Of a stretch of DNA of 64,000 nt, positions 38,901 through 52,564 are shown one piece after another. How positions within the stretch are numbered: position 1 is the stretch's first letter; every line of letters starts with the position of its first letter. The translations under genes were made by a program, and so were the position numbers. The DNA is from Camelus dromedarius (lineage: Eukaryota). A model generated the notes under the pieces. It saw only the letters and a list, made by a program, of their open reading frames with translations, was not told the origin of the DNA and did no database searches. The DNA is taken from positions 63,552,001 through 63,616,000 of the forward strand of contig NC_087437.1 in the NCBI RefSeq assembly GCF_036321535.1, written 5' to 3'.

Positions 38901-40692
38901 AAATGAAATCATCCCCTTCCCCATGGGATGTCCTGCTCCTCCATCCATGTCCACATGGAACCTGGGGTGTGGGTGGCCCACTCAGGAGACAGGACACGGG
39001 CCATGTCAGCTACGGATGGCAGGACCCCGACTCAGCACCTGGGGCTCTTTTATGGAAGGTGGCAGGGTAGGGGGGCCGGGTTATCAAGTGCTGCTTAAAG
39101 GGATCCTTTCCAGCTTTGTTCTCTCAGCCCCATCCCCTGTCATATAATGCTAGGAGGTTCTACTTAAGGATGACACTTAATCATTCCTGTAATTACATGA
39201 GGACAGCTCTTGGCCGACTGCAGTAGGGAATTGTTCCTGCAGTCCTGCAGTCCTGCAGTCCTGTGAGCCTCGGAGCTGCCAGGAGCCTGGACAGTGCCTG
39301 CCTCGAGCCTCTGTTCCCGGATTACCCAGCTAATGGAGAGTGGGCAGGCTTTGGGTTGGGAAGGAAGCCGACTGGTGTGAAGGAATTTATATGGACAGAC
39401 CCACATTCTGGAACAGGAAAGGGACCCAAATGCCATATAGAAAGAACAATGCATCCAGATGGAAGCACCAGGAGTCTGCTTGCCGGGGAGTGTATGTGCC
39501 CAGCCCCTAAAGCCCCAGGAGCCCTGTCTAGGAGACAGCGCTGCTGTTAGCAGCCGGACTTTCCCCACCTTGGAGGCGGGGACAGGGAGATGGCCCTTCC
39601 TCCCCAGCCAGGCCACAAGAATGTGGCCAAGCCTCAGCTGGAAAGTCCCACCCCTCCTTCTCCCCCTGTGCTTCCTCTTCAGGAGCAGGAAAAGGATACA
39701 CAGGAAGTGGCTCTGAGGGGGAGGCTCCCCCCAAGCACGCTCCCTGAAGAGAGCTTCTTGTGGGGAAGATGCTGGAGTGTAGTGATAGCGGTGCAGCCAG
39801 CCCCTTCTTATCCTGCTCCCTGGGTGATTTCCCTGCAGCTTCCTAGAGTCCATTCTCCTTGGGGCCCAGTGAGGGCCTTTTCTGCCCAGTTGAGCCCAGC
39901 ACGATGTTACCCCACTGCCCCAGCACCGTCCACACTTGGTGTGAACGTGAAAGAAGAGGGAGAGGAGAGGGCAGGCCTGAGGAGCCGTGCACTCATCCCC
40001 GCAGGATTTCAGCTCTGCCCGGAGGCTGCATCTGTGGGGCTTCACTGGACCTGCTCTGGGCGGGGACGGTGCAGAAGCCCCCACGACGGGTCCAAGGCTT
40101 AGTCCAGAGTGGGTGAGGCATGCCGGCCTGGAGGGCTGACCGTCAGTGCCCATCTGTACAAGGGAGTCTGAGAAATCAGAGGCTGCAAGCCCCCCACCAG
40201 ACCAAGAGCAACAACCCTGTCCCCACTCCCTGTCCAAGAAGCCTCTCTACACAGAGCACTATGCTTTCGGAAATCCAGAGTGTTTAGCCTGAGTGAGTTA
40301 AGACTCAATGAAAGGAAAAGAAGGGGAGAGGTGAGCAGAGGGGTGCCTGCTGTCCCCAAGTCTGGCCAATGATGTGATTCTGGCGGCCTGGGCCTGCTGC
40401 CGAGGAGAAAGCATTAACTAGCGCCCTCCCAGCATAGCCTGTCCACCCGTCTTCAGCACAACTGCTCTCCACCTGATTTATAAAGCCTCGCGGACGGACC
40501 CTCCTTCTTTGGTGCTCTTGTGAGGAAGGTGCTGGCTGCAGGCACCATCTGCCCGGGGGTGCTGAGGGCCCTCAGAGTGGAGCGGGAAGAGGGGACTATC
40601 CCTGCGGTTGAGGTGGGCTTTCTACTGTGGTGCCTCCTCTGCTCCTTTCCCTGGGCAGCTGCTGACTCACATTGTTGCTCATTCTGTTCCAG

Positions 40693-40779
40693 ATGCCCCC
40701 GCCAGTGAGAATGCCAAGGCCCCGGAGATGAAAGCCCGGAGGCCAAAGAGCTCGCTTCCTCCCGTGCTGGGAACAGAGA
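40693..40779 (+). CDS. MYLK: MYLK coding exon (87 bp), linker
   Basis: Acceptor ttccag, donor A|gtaagt. Encodes DAPASENAKAPEMKARRPKSSLPPVLGTE(S). Confidence 0.94.
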
Positions 40780-42474
40780 GTAAGTACTTGTTCAGCTCTT
40801 CCAGGCAGACCCCGGGCTGAGGGCCAGCATCGGAGGCTCCCACTTCCTTGCCCGTGCTCCCCGGAGCCTGGCCCCTGCCCTCACCCTCGTGCCCGATGAG
40901 CTCCTGGTGACCAAGCTGGTGGCCTTTTCTCACCCTTCCCATCTCCCTGCAGCCTGAGTGGTGTTACACCTCCCCGTCCTCTCTCAGTCTCACTCAGGCC
41001 CCTGGGAAAGCTCCCGAATCTCCCCCAAGTGAGTCTTTCCTGCCTGGTGGACCTTCCTACATCGTGGCTCTGGTTGGAGTGCCCAGTGGTCTCCAAAGCC
41101 CACCAGTCCCGTCCAAGTGACCTTCCCACACGGTGCTGCCTGGGCTCACCCCGCACATCCAGACGTCCAGCCTCAGTGGCTCTTTCCACGTGCTGCCCCC
41201 AGCTCCTTTACCCCCATCCTATCCTCAAGCCAAACTGAGCTCCTCCTCGTGCACCGGACATCCCTGTGTTCCTCCCTTTGTGCCTTTACTCTGGCACCTC
41301 TCTCGTGGGACAGACTCCCACAGAAAAGGCATCTCATCCCCAAGTTTGTCCTTGCTGTGGCTGAGTGGAGCTCTTCCCTCCAGTGAGCACCCCCCCAGTA
41401 CCCCTTTCTGCCATTGACTGTCTCCTCCGCAGTGTCACGGTGACGTGTCTGTGTCTCAGCCCCCTTCCTCCTTTGTGAGTTCCCTGGGCCTCTTACTGGG
41501 CCAACTCACACATGCACCTTTCAGGATGATGGTGCCATGCCTGTTCACAGAAGAGCTTTACCAGCATCTATTGGAACCAACTTATAGCTGTGGTCTTAAT
41601 AGCCAAGTGGGGAAGGGGCTTCCACTGTGACTCTGTACAGTTGTTTCCCTCTTTTGGGATCTCTGCTTCCCCCAGGGCCCCCTTATCTTTCAGGCCAGGG
41701 CCTAGGGTTCTCAATGCTTTTATGGGCCCACAAAAATATTTCAATATCTTATAAAATCAGAAGAAAGACTACCCATACTGATAAAGGAAAGTGAGCTAGG
41801 TTAATTCAAAGGCTGCCTCTCTTCTTCCATTACAAGGCGGTGTTCTATAGCTTAGTTTTATTCCCATCTCTTCTTATCAAAGCAACATACTTATCTTCCC
41901 AATGAGGAGCTTGGTTTCCTTGCACACATACCAGCCAGGCTGTCAGGGGGATGCTCAGCCTTCAGGATGCCAGGGCAGCCAAATGGGAATGATAATTTTT
42001 TATGGATAACCACTGGGGAGCCTCAGATTATCAAGGGTGACGTTTAGTAAGCTCTTGGAAATGCATAAACAATTCTAAGAAAAATCTAGTGAGAATTGGG
42101 TTAATGATTTTGCCTTCCAAAAGGATTTCTTGTGCCTGTGCTGTTAGTTCTGGGGAAACGTCAGCGGAAGAGACGTGGGATCTTAGAAGAGCACCAAGTG
42201 ATGGTGAACTAGGGTCCAATGTGGTTGTTCGCCTCTCGTGGGGGCAGAAGCAGGAGCGTGTGGAGTTTGAGCTGGGAGGCTAGCAGCCTCCTGTCCTCAG
42301 CTGTGGCACGTCCATTCCAGTGAGATCCCAAGGGAAGTGAGATGGAGTCAGAGGAGAGCAGTAAAAGAGGAAAACAAGCTAGAGACAGTGAGCAGACCCG
42401 GGACTTGGGCTCAGTGCCCTGGAGAAGAGAGGGCTGTGGAAAACCCCGGTCAACTTGTTATCCTGCAGTTCTGG

Positions 42475-42635
42475 GGCAGGGCCTCTCAACCCTGGCTGTA
42501 TATTAGGTTCACCTGGGGGGCTTTTACAAACACTGCTGCCCAGCCACACCCTAGACTAATTAGATCAGAAGCTCTGGTGCTGGGATCCAGGCCTCAGTAC
42601 TTGTTTAAGTTCCTGGGCCAGTCCAGGGTGCTGTC
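42475..42635. mobile_element. MER5-like hAT DNA transposon remnant
   Basis: ctctcaaccctggctgtatattaggttcacctggggggctttt...cccagccacaccctagactaattagatcagaa. Confidence 0.65.
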
Positions 42636-44659
42636 AGGCAGGCTGGTAGCCAGCTGTCCCAGGGGAAGCCTGGTGCCCTTGCACCGTTGGTCTTGAGAAG
42701 CAGAAAGGGGCTCCTCTACAGCCTCCGTTAAATGTGGAACCACCTCAGGGTCCCTCAGGCCCAGTCTTCAGAGTATCTCCATCACCTGCCTTTAGGGAGG
42801 GAGCAAATGCTCTGTGGTGGAGGCTGGATGCCAGAGTTCTTTCCCCTCCAGAGGGAGCAGGGATTGGGGCTCGGTTGGAGCTGCTTAGGGGGAGGGGAGG
42901 GGCCGGCTGAAAATGCTTCATCTCTGTAGCAAATACATTCGTAACTGCCTTAACTCCAAAGGACACTGCTTGTCTGTGGAAGGGGAATTTCAGTCTGTGT
43001 GCAAAGCCTTCAAGTTGGAGTTACAGACAGATGCCTTACTCCCAAAAGAATGGAAGTGTGTGTTTCCATGTACAGTGATGACCATGTTGAATCCCTCTGC
43101 CAGCCCACTTCCTACCCGCCCATCACCACAACCTGTCACCCTCCCCACCCCAGATGCTGCGAGCATTAGCAGGGTGGCTGCCATTGCTCCTCCACCTGCT
43201 TACACAGTGTGCTCGTGTGCTTCAGAAACCTGCAGAGTTCCCTGGGTGCCTGCACAACACCATGGGGCTTCCTTCCCAGCAGGCTCTGAGAAGGCGGCCG
43301 CCCAGAGAGAAGAAATGAAAGGGCTATCTTTTAGGTCTGCACCCCCAGTTCTTTTCCCACTTTGGGGGATTAATGTATTATTTATGAATTATATATAAGT
43401 TAAACATGCATGCCTTGTTTAAACTTTTTAAACAGTACAGAAATATACCAAGGATAATGTGAAAGCTCGCTTTCATCTTACCCTTAAGTCCACTCACCTC
43501 CTCAAATTTGGTCACAATTACTTTTTTCTGAATATTCACATATACACATGCAAATGTATCCATTGGGTTTTTTTCCCCACAGAGATGGAATTACACAGTC
43601 TGTCCACCTCTGCAACGTGCCTTTTTCTCTTAGCATTGCCGTCCCCCGTCCCAGACACCTCTGATTCCGTGAGAAAGCCCAGATTCTCATGTCGCTGAGT
43701 GGTCTGGCTGTGTATGTGTGTTCATGTTTGTCAAGAGCTGGGAAGTACCTAATCTAACCAGGAAATCCATCTTTCCTCCAGTGACCAAGGGAAGGCTGAG
43801 TGGTTTCCTTGTCAAACAGATGGTAGCCAGATCACTGTCTGTGTGCCCTCCCCTCCCCAGCTCGGAATTTCGGTCCTGTGAGGGAGCTGTCAGGTGTGAG
43901 AGTGGACAGTGCTCATCCACACTGGCCTGAGGGGCCCTGGGGACCCCGCCACCGCTGAGCTCTGGGGAGCATGAGGGAAACACCAAGTCAATTTGCCCCA
44001 TCCTGAGGGGCCAGATGAGGGAAAACTGATAAAAGTACAAGTCCACCTACCAGACACCAGCTCGCAAGTACAGGCATGAGTAGGGGGTGGTCTGGGAAGA
44101 TTTCAGGATGAGGGAAACTCTAGGCCAGGTTCCAGGTTATGAAGGAGAGGAGGAATGTGCTTTGGTTGAGGGGAGGGGAGACAGGAGGGAGAAGCTGCAC
44201 AGGAGCTGCGTGAATATTGTTAGGCCGCCACTTAGGGGAGCATCTGCTCGCCATACAAACAAGAGTTTCTTGGGCACCCACATAGACGGCAGCATCTTAG
44301 GTGCTCAGTCCATGTCACTTCAGGCATGTCTCACTCACCTGAGCTACAAGTGGTTGTTCCCATTTTACAGATGGGCAAAGCTGAGTCTTAGAGAACTACG
44401 CTGTCCTGCCCAGAGTCTCACAGCTAGTAAGATGGGGAACTGTGAGGGCAACCCTGATCTACATTCCTCCCACACCGCCTGGGCCTCGCGCGGTCTCAGG
44501 GCCATCCCTTGTGCTGTCCACACAGTCTGGGCAGTGCCCACCAAGGGGCAGAGGTCTGGCTGCCGTAAGAGCTGGGGGGAAAAGAGGGTGACAGCCGGCA
44601 TGTGTCCCTGGACCTTGAGACCTGTCAGAGTGCTTGCCTGCATACCTCTCAAAGGGAAT

Positions 44660-45130
44660 TTTTTTTTATAACTTTGATATAATTTCAAATTTACAGAAAA
44701 GGTGCAAGAATAGTACAAGAAACTCTTGTACACCCTTTACTTAGAATCAACAAGTATTTACATTTTGTGCCATTGTTTTATCATTTTCTATGTGTAAACT
44801 CATATATATATTCACCATTCATCAAATACTCATATCTCTATATATAGTGTGTGTGTATATATATATATATACACACACACTATATATACACTGTATTCAT
44901 GTATATTCACCAGTCATCATATAGATATATTTGTATCTGTACATATATGTATATATTCACAATTTATGAATAGAGACTTCATGCTCTTGGCCTCTAAATA
45001 TTTTATGTGTATCTCCTAAGAATATAACCACGATGCAGTTATTAAAATCAGGACATTTAACATTGAACCAATGCTGCCATTTAATCCACAGTCCCATATG
45101 CAATTTTTGTCAATTGTCCCGATACCCTTT
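44660..45130 (-). mobile_element. Old L1M 3'-end fragment with an internal TA/CA-rich tract
   Basis: tataatttcaaatttacagaaaaggtgcaagaatagtacaag; a similar copy lies at about 54540-54870. Confidence 0.7.
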
Positions 45131-47326
45131 ATGGCTGCTTTCCCCTCTCTTTGCTGGAAATTTAGTGTCAGCACTCCTGGAAAATGTTATGCCTTCCTCT
45201 AGCTCAGAGTCTCCCACCTCTGGAGAAGGAACAGGAGAGAAGTGTTTGGGCCCGGGGGAGAAGCATCCAAGACTCTTGCACCTGTGGTGGGTGTGAGGGT
45301 GAGGGTGGGAAGGCAGCAACACCTTCCTCCTTGGACCTCCAGATGCCTGTTTACTGTGCCCGGTTCTGGGCACTGTACTGGCCCAGCGCCCGGGGACAGG
45401 GCATAGCCAGGCAGACCCTGAGCTAGAGAGCAGGGGAGGAAAGACCACTTGTTCAGTTAGAGGCAATCTTAGAGAATACAGAGGGGTGCTGCCAGTGCCG
45501 TAACAGGCTCCGGGATTCCTCCTGTCGGTCTGCAAAGCTGATGATCTTTTAGAGAAGAGAGAGAGGAACATCCGTAGGGCACTTTCACAACGAGAGGACA
45601 GGAACCAGGGCCTGTCATCTCTGAAATTTCAGTGCCTAGTCTAAAGTAGGGATATAATAAGTATTTCGTTTTTCAGATGTATTTATGAGTTCCTGTGCTT
45701 CTGGGACCTGGGGATGATGTAGATGGAACACCCTTTTGTGTACCATGCCTGGCCTTGGCCTGAGCTTTACCTCTGACGTGGGTCACTCACTACTATCTCA
45801 GATGATGATGCTTTTAGATATCTTTGCCTTGATCTCCTGTACATCTCTCTCTCTGCAGCCAAAAGTCGGTCTTTGAAAGCATCTTTGGGTAGCTAAAGCA
45901 GTGTCCAGTTAATCCTGAAGGGTTTCTCCAGGGTCAAATCTTCCTTTTAAATACTCTTTCCAGATTGGGGGGAATGTTACATCCTGATAGGATTCAAAGG
46001 GCTGGAAGGAAGTGCTGGAGGGGTTAAGATCTGGCACCAAGACTTGCTTGACAGGGAAACATGGGGGACCCTGGAAGAGAAGCTTGGGTGTTTCCATGAA
46101 TGTCTTTGAAAGCTGGCACCAGCTCCCAGTTACTCCCAACCAAAGTATTGGTCTCTGAGGGGTGGTGGTGTCTCATGTCACCCTCCATCACACCATGCAT
46201 GTGGCCCTGTGCTTCCACCCCTGGGCTGCACATCCACTCCTTCCAGTCTTCCGCAGAGGGGTCCTCCCCAGGGAGAGCCTGGAGGATACCAGTCAAGCAA
46301 CCCTGGCACTGCTGTCACAGCCACGCTGGGCTGCCTCTTTCACAACCGTCCTGACGCTTTGTGTCCTGGGGACTTCAGGATGGGTGTTTGCAGGAACAAG
46401 AGAAGCAGTGTTCCTCTGGAATCTTCTTGTGTGACAGCCTTTGCTGTGAGGGCATGTGTACAGGAAATTTGCCCAGAGATGTTCATTCTGGGAAAATGAC
46501 CAATATTTTTCCACAAGTTTGTAAAGATGTGCTGGAAGGGGCCTGACATGTGTGGTGGGGAGTCGAGCAGGGTAGTGTTGAAGGGTTTTCAAGTCACCCA
46601 AGCCTGAGCCTGCTCCAGTGTGGACAGTGGGATTCAGCCTCCCATGCCCATGTCCTCACTGCCCTCTCCTTCTCTGACACAGCCCTGCAGGGTGGGTGCT
46701 CCCTCCACACACCCCTTCAGGAGCCTGTGGCAGAAAGTTAATGCTGATTTTGGGATCGTGAAGGGTTTGATGTCTACCTTTAGTTAACTACCTAAAAAGG
46801 GAAATACCCCCAGAGAGGCGGAGACCCAGGGACCTCCCTGTACCGGAGGCTGTTCACACCACCTCCCCCAGCCCCCTTGGCTTTCCTCAATCTCAGACCC
46901 TTTTGAAGCTGTGAGACCCACCTTCAGGCTCTATGAATCCCTCCCACTTGCTGGCTCTAATCTTCTTGCCCTCCTGATTCACTGGAGAGGGGGACTCATG
47001 TGTCTTCAGACTGAACAGTCTGGAAACTTCTGTGGGGTGCCAACCTCCTCCTTCCCAGGGCAGAAGGAAGGTTCATGAGGCCAGGACTCCGTAGGTGCAG
47101 GCTGGGGCAGAAGCAAAAGATGGGTTACCCAGACAACTGGAGGCTGGCCTTCCCAGCCCTGCTCCAGGTTTCCCAGGAGGCTTCTAAATTCAGTGCTTTG
47201 ATTTGTGATGTTTTTATTGGGCTACTTCGCTTCTTCCAGTCTCACTCAGTCTTCTGTCTGGGGGGTAAGGCTCAGCACTTGGCAGCCTTCATCTTGTTGC
47301 TGACAGACCAAGGGGCCCTCTCCTTT

Positions 47327-50079
47327 TTTTTTTTTATTTTAATTAAAAAATTTTTTTTCATTTTTCAGTTTTCTTAGGTAGAATTGTTACAATATGACTG
47401 CATATATACAATATATTGCAGATAAATACATATGCACAATATACTGCACATATTTTTAAAATTTACATACATGTACTGTTCATTGTTTCTAAGAATGTTT
47501 AGAGCTTTAGCTTTTTTTTAAATTTTATTTTATTGAGTTATAGTCAGTTTACAATGTTGTGTCAATTTCCAGTAGAGAACATAATTTTTCATTTATACAT
47601 AAACATACGTATATTCATTGTCACATACTTTTCCACCATGAGCTACCACAAGATCTTGTATACATTTCCCTGTGCTATACAGTATAGAGCTTTAGCTTTT
47701 TAAACTTACATAATTATCAGAGGAATAAAGAAAGCCAACCACAAAATAAGAATTAATTCAAAAAGATACATACACCCCACTAACTGGCATAAAAATTTAC
47801 ATTGCATCAAAAACAACAAAATACCTAGAAATAAACTTAACCAAGGAGGTTACCTATTCTCTGAAAACTGTAAAACATTGACGAAGGAAATTGAAGATGA
47901 TACAAAGAAATAGAAAGATATCTTGTGCTCTTGGGTTGGAAGAATCAACATTATCAAAATGATCGCGCTACCCAAAGCAATTTACAGATCCAATGCAACT
48001 CCTGTCAAAGTGCTCACAACATTCTTCACAGAACTAGAGCAAACAATCCCAAAATTTATATGGAACCATAAAAGACCCCGAACTGCCAAAATAATCTTTT
48101 GGAGGTCTTTTTTTTTTTCTCTCTTTCTTCTTTTTGTTCTCTTTTCTTATGGTTGGATGACTAGAGAAGTTCCTGTAACATTTGTTGTAAAGCTGGTTTG
48201 GTGGTGCTGAATTCTTTTAGCTTTTGTTTATCTGTGAAGCTTTCGATTTCTCCATCAAATCTGAAGGAGAGCCTTGCTGGATAGAGTATTCCTGGTTGTA
48301 AATTTTTCCCTTTCATTACTGTAAATATATCATGCCAGTCCCTTCTGGCCTGTAGAATTTCTGCTGAAAAATCAGCTGAAACCTTATGGGAGTTCCTTTG
48401 TATGTTATTTGTTGCTTTTCTCTTGCTAGTTGTAATGTTTTATCCTTATCTTTAATTTTTGTCAGTTTGATTACTGTGTGCCTTGGTGTGCTCCTCTTTA
48501 GGTTGATCCTGTGTGGAACTCTCTGTGCTTCCTGGACTTGGGTGACTGTTTCCTGTCCCACATTGGGGAAGTTTTCAGTTATTATATCTCCAAAAATTTT
48601 CTCAGATCCTTTCTCTCTTCTCTTTCTGGGACCTCTATAATGTGAATATTAGTGTGCTTCATATTGTCCCGAAGTTCTCTTAAACTATCCTCATTTCTTT
48701 TCGTTCTTTTTTCTTTTTTCTGTTCTGCAGTAGTGATTTCCACTAATCTGTCTTCTAGCTCATTGATCCGTTCTTCTACCTCATTTAGTCTATTCTTGGT
48801 TCCTTCTAGTGTGTTATTCATTTCAGTGATTTTATTCTTCAACTCTATTTGGGTATTCTTTATATTTTCCAACTCCTTGCTTAAAACTTCTTTCTGTGCA
48901 AAACTTCTCTTTATTCCTCTTGAGGTCTCTGAACATCTTGTCCATCATTACTTTAAACTCTTTCTCAGATAAATTGCCTATCTCCTCATCACTTATTTCT
49001 TCTTCTGGGATTTTATCTTCTGCCTTGGCCTGGGAGATATTCCTCTGCCACTTCATATCATCTATCTTTCTATTTGTATTTTTAGGTAGGTTAGTTATGC
49101 TTCTCAACCTTAGAGAGGTGGCCCTCTGTTGGAGACATCCTATGTGTCCCAGCAGTACACTCCTCTCTTGTCATACAAGGGCCAGGGTCCAACTGGTCCC
49201 AGTGTAGGGTCTGGCCTGTGTTTGTGGATTCCATCCACAGGCTTTGGGATTGTTGTTTTCTAATTTCTGATATCTGCCCCTGGTGGATGAGGCTGGACTA
49301 GAGGCTTATGCAGGTTTCCTGGCAGGAGGAGCTGGTGCCTACCCATTGCTGGGTGAGGCTTGGTCCTGGACCTCTGGTGGGTGGGGCCATATCTAGAGGC
49401 TTTTGTGGCTCAGGAGGTCTGCTGATGGGTGCGGCTAGGTCTTGGTGCTAATGATCCAATCAAGATGTCAGCTCATGTAGGAAAGCTCATGTAGATGAAC
49501 ACTCCCAGATTGTCCGCCACCAGCTTTTATGTCCCCTGAGTGAGCCACAATCATCCCCTGCATCCCCAGGAGAACTTTCAAAACCAGCAGACAGGCCTGG
49601 CCTAGGATCCTATGAAATCACTGCCTCTGCCCTGGCACATGTGAGATTCTGTGTACACTTCCCAAGAGAATGAATTCTGTTACCCCCAGTCGTCTGGGGC
49701 TCCTGGAGCTAAGCCCTGCTGGCCTTCAAAACCAGATGTCCTGGGGTCTCCTTCTCTTCCCAATGCCAGAACCCCGGCTGGGGGGCATGATGTGGGGCTT
49801 AGAACTCCCAGTCTTGTGGGAGGGCCTCTGCAACTCAACTATTATTCAGCTTGTGGGTCGCCCACCAGAGGGGCCCGGGGCCCGATTATATCGCAAGCAC
49901 GCCCCTCCTACTGTCCTGCTGTGGTTCCCTTTTTATGTTTCCAGTTGAAGAAGATCTTTTTTGCTAGGTTCCAGTCTATTTTTCGATGATTGTTTAGCAG
50001 TCAGTTGTGGTTTCGTTGTAGTCGCTAGGAGAGGTGAGCTCGTGGTCCTACCACTCCGCCATCTTGATGGGAAATCTCT
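47327..50079 (-). mobile_element. TSD-bounded rearranged L1 insertion: 5' UTR, complete but frameshifted ORF1, inverted ORF2 fragment and A-rich tail
   Basis: 14-bp TSD gggccctctccttt at 47313-47326 and 50080-50093. L1 5' motif caagatggcggag on the minus strand. ORF1 peptides run from ATG 49056 (MKWQRN) to TAG at 48161-48163 (...[12 protein letters not shown]). A plus-strand ORF2 piece ([12 protein letters not shown]...[12 protein letters not shown]) lies at about 47795-48098. Confidence 0.85.
47517..47684 (-). mobile_element. Younger 5'-truncated L1 3' end with 17-bp TSD, nested in the element above
   Basis: tagagctttagcttttt at 47500-47516 and 47685-47701. Body ttttattgagttatagtcagtttacaatgttgtgtcaatttcc...ttccctgtgctatacagta. 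Confidence 0.85.
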
Positions 50080-52564
50080 GGGCCCTCTCCTTTCCATGGA
50101 AAGTTGCACAAGGATTCAAGCCAAGGGGCTTTATCTCTGAGCATCAGAGCCCAGGGGTGGGGTGGAGTGTTCCTAGGTTAACAGAGATCCTCAGGGGTTC
50201 CCCAGATTCCTTTAAGAGCTGTTTTAAAGCCTGTTCCGGTACTTTGCTAGGCACTGGGAGACAGAACGTGAACAAGATGGGCCCTGCTCCTGTCCCCAGG
50301 GAGCCTGCCATGTACATGTGCATTGGGGGCAGTCTCCTGCAACTGTGATGCCTTGTGATGACTGCTGAGATTGAACCACCTTGGAGGGGCATGGAACCCA
50401 GCCTGGCAGCAGTGATGTGTGAGCTGGGACCTGGCCAAGAATGTGCAAGAGTCAACAAAGAGCTGGCAACAAAAGCGTGGCATTATAGAGACTGAAAGGC
50501 CTTCAGTGTGGAGTACAGAGTGGTGCCCCCAGAAGGTGGTGCAGGGACCAGCAGCATCAGCTCCCCAGGAAGGCCCAGAATCTGTGTTTTTAGCAAGTCT
50601 CCCAGGTGATCGTCATGCACACTAGGTGTCAGGGGCATGGGTGAGGGCGTTCCCCAAGAAGGAACAGTAAGAAAGAAGGCTGGAGATGAATGCCAGAGAC
50701 AGATCTCAAAGGCCCTTGTCTGACGAGTTGAACTGAATCCTAAGAGGCAGTAGGAAGCTACTGGAGAGGTTTAAACAGTGGAGTGACATCAGACATGTGT
50801 TTGAGAAAGGCCACTTTGGCCACTGAGTGATGGATGTATTAGGGTGGAGACAGAGGACCAGAGGTCTAGGAAGTGGCACAGTTAGGACTCGCATGGTGAC
50901 AGTGGGGATGTGGAAATTGGCAGACAGAGGTTATTTAGTTGATGGAATTAACAGACATTAATTAGTGACTGGATATGAGCAGGGAGGGGGCCTTGAGAGA
51001 ACAGAGACAAGCAACAGTATGGGAAGAAGACCCTGGATTTGGGTTTGGATGTATGGGGTTTGCAGTATGTGCCTAAGGAGATGGTGGTCAAGGAGTGGGA
51101 CGTGTAGGTGGGCTCAGGAGAGAGGTCTGGGCTCCAGGGAAGATGAGGGCAGCAGAAAAATGGGGACAAAGAGGAACTCAGAGCAGCTTGGGGAGTTTGA
51201 GAGTCTGGGGAGCAATGCTGTACTAGGCGGGGTTTGCTGCCTGGGGCTGACTGTCTGGGAGAGGGACAGACACCCCGGGGCAGGAGAGGGAGGATGCTCT
51301 GTCCTTGCCTGACCCTGTGGCTGGTGGCTGTCATGGGTTTTGCAAAGATGGTTGGATTTTATTTTCCTTCTGTCGTATTCCTCTCTGACAATGGCTAGTG
51401 CAGAAAGTTTGAGGTGTCGGAGAAGGGGGTGAGGGGCAAAAGGCTGACAAATAACAAGATAATAAGAAGGGTGCATCCAGAGGAAAGGAAATTAGTTGGT
51501 GACCCAAGAAGTACTGAGAGTTTGAGCATCTGGACTGGCAGAATGTTACCTCTACTGAGGACCTGAACTAGGGAAAGATCTTCAGGTGCAGCACAGGAGA
51601 CCTCGTGTAGGTATAATGCTGACCGGACCGACAGTGCGGGGACTAAACAGGTGAAGAAAAGTACAGAGCAGTCCTCTGGGGCTCTGTTTGGGGAAGTGGG
51701 GTGAAGGAGGGTGCTGGTATTAGAGCACGCACTGTATGCTATACCTTTTTTTACAATGTAGCTCAGTTCTTTACAACAAAGTTTATTTATTCTTTCTACA
51801 TATTTTGAATGATGAAACCGAAGCTCCAAGAGGTTAAAAAGGTGCCCTAAGTGAGCTTAGAGAGTAACAGGGCAGTGTTTGAACCCAAGTCCAGCACCAG
51901 AGCCTATGCTCACGGCACTTCTGCCGGGTTCCAAGGGCCTAGATTTGCAGATGGGGCAGAGTCAGCTGGAGTACACAGGCAACAGGAAGAAAGTAGCCGG
52001 ACACTGGGCGGCAGGGGGCTCAGGTCCTGTTGCTAACTTGGTCACATGTAGTTTTATGAACCCAGCAAGTCTCCTGAGTTTTACTGGGATCCGTCTCCTT
52101 TCTTGTGAAATGGAAACTGTGCAGTGTCCTGCTTGTGTCTGGTTGTGTTAAGAACCCAATGAGCAAAAGGATGATGAGACCATGGGTTAGAAACCCAACT
52201 CACTGAGTCCAGCTCTCTACGAGAAACCAGATTTTAGAATCTGGTGGCTCTGCTTTTTAATCCATGTATCATGCTCTTCTAAGCCCAGAACACAATGAAT
52301 AGATTTCAGCAGATGGTCCTATAAAATACGTGTAGCATAGGACACAGAACATTGTTAACATTTAAAATTGTTGTTACTGAGAGGAACCAAAGCAGTTTCA
52401 AATGCTAACCAATTCAAACAGGAGATGCTCCAAATTTAAAGAACAAACATAAAACTTTGGGCTTCAGTCATATTTCACTGTACTACAGAAAGATAGATAC
52501 CAGTTCAGCCTGTGCTTCTGGCCACATAGGTTTACCCAGAGCCTCCAGGAATAGTACAGGGTGG

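Noticed and set aside
39236..39263. (CCTGCAGT)x3.5 micro-tandem repeat
   Set aside because: Ordinary slippage duplication with no further structure.
39164..40237. 357-aa minus-strand ORF in an intron
   Set aside because: GC-rich composition (Gly/Pro/Ser/Arg) and no recognisable domain or retrogene hallmarks. Probably chance; a BLASTP or PhyloCSF signal would be needed to revive it.
4151..46800. Additional perfect CArG boxes at 4151-4160, 37462-37471 and 46791-46800
   Set aside because: About four are expected by chance in 64 kb, and these have no supporting context that I can see.
48161..49056. Functional or domesticated L1 ORF1 gene
   Set aside because: ORF1 is split over at least three frames by frameshifts, so it is non-functional.
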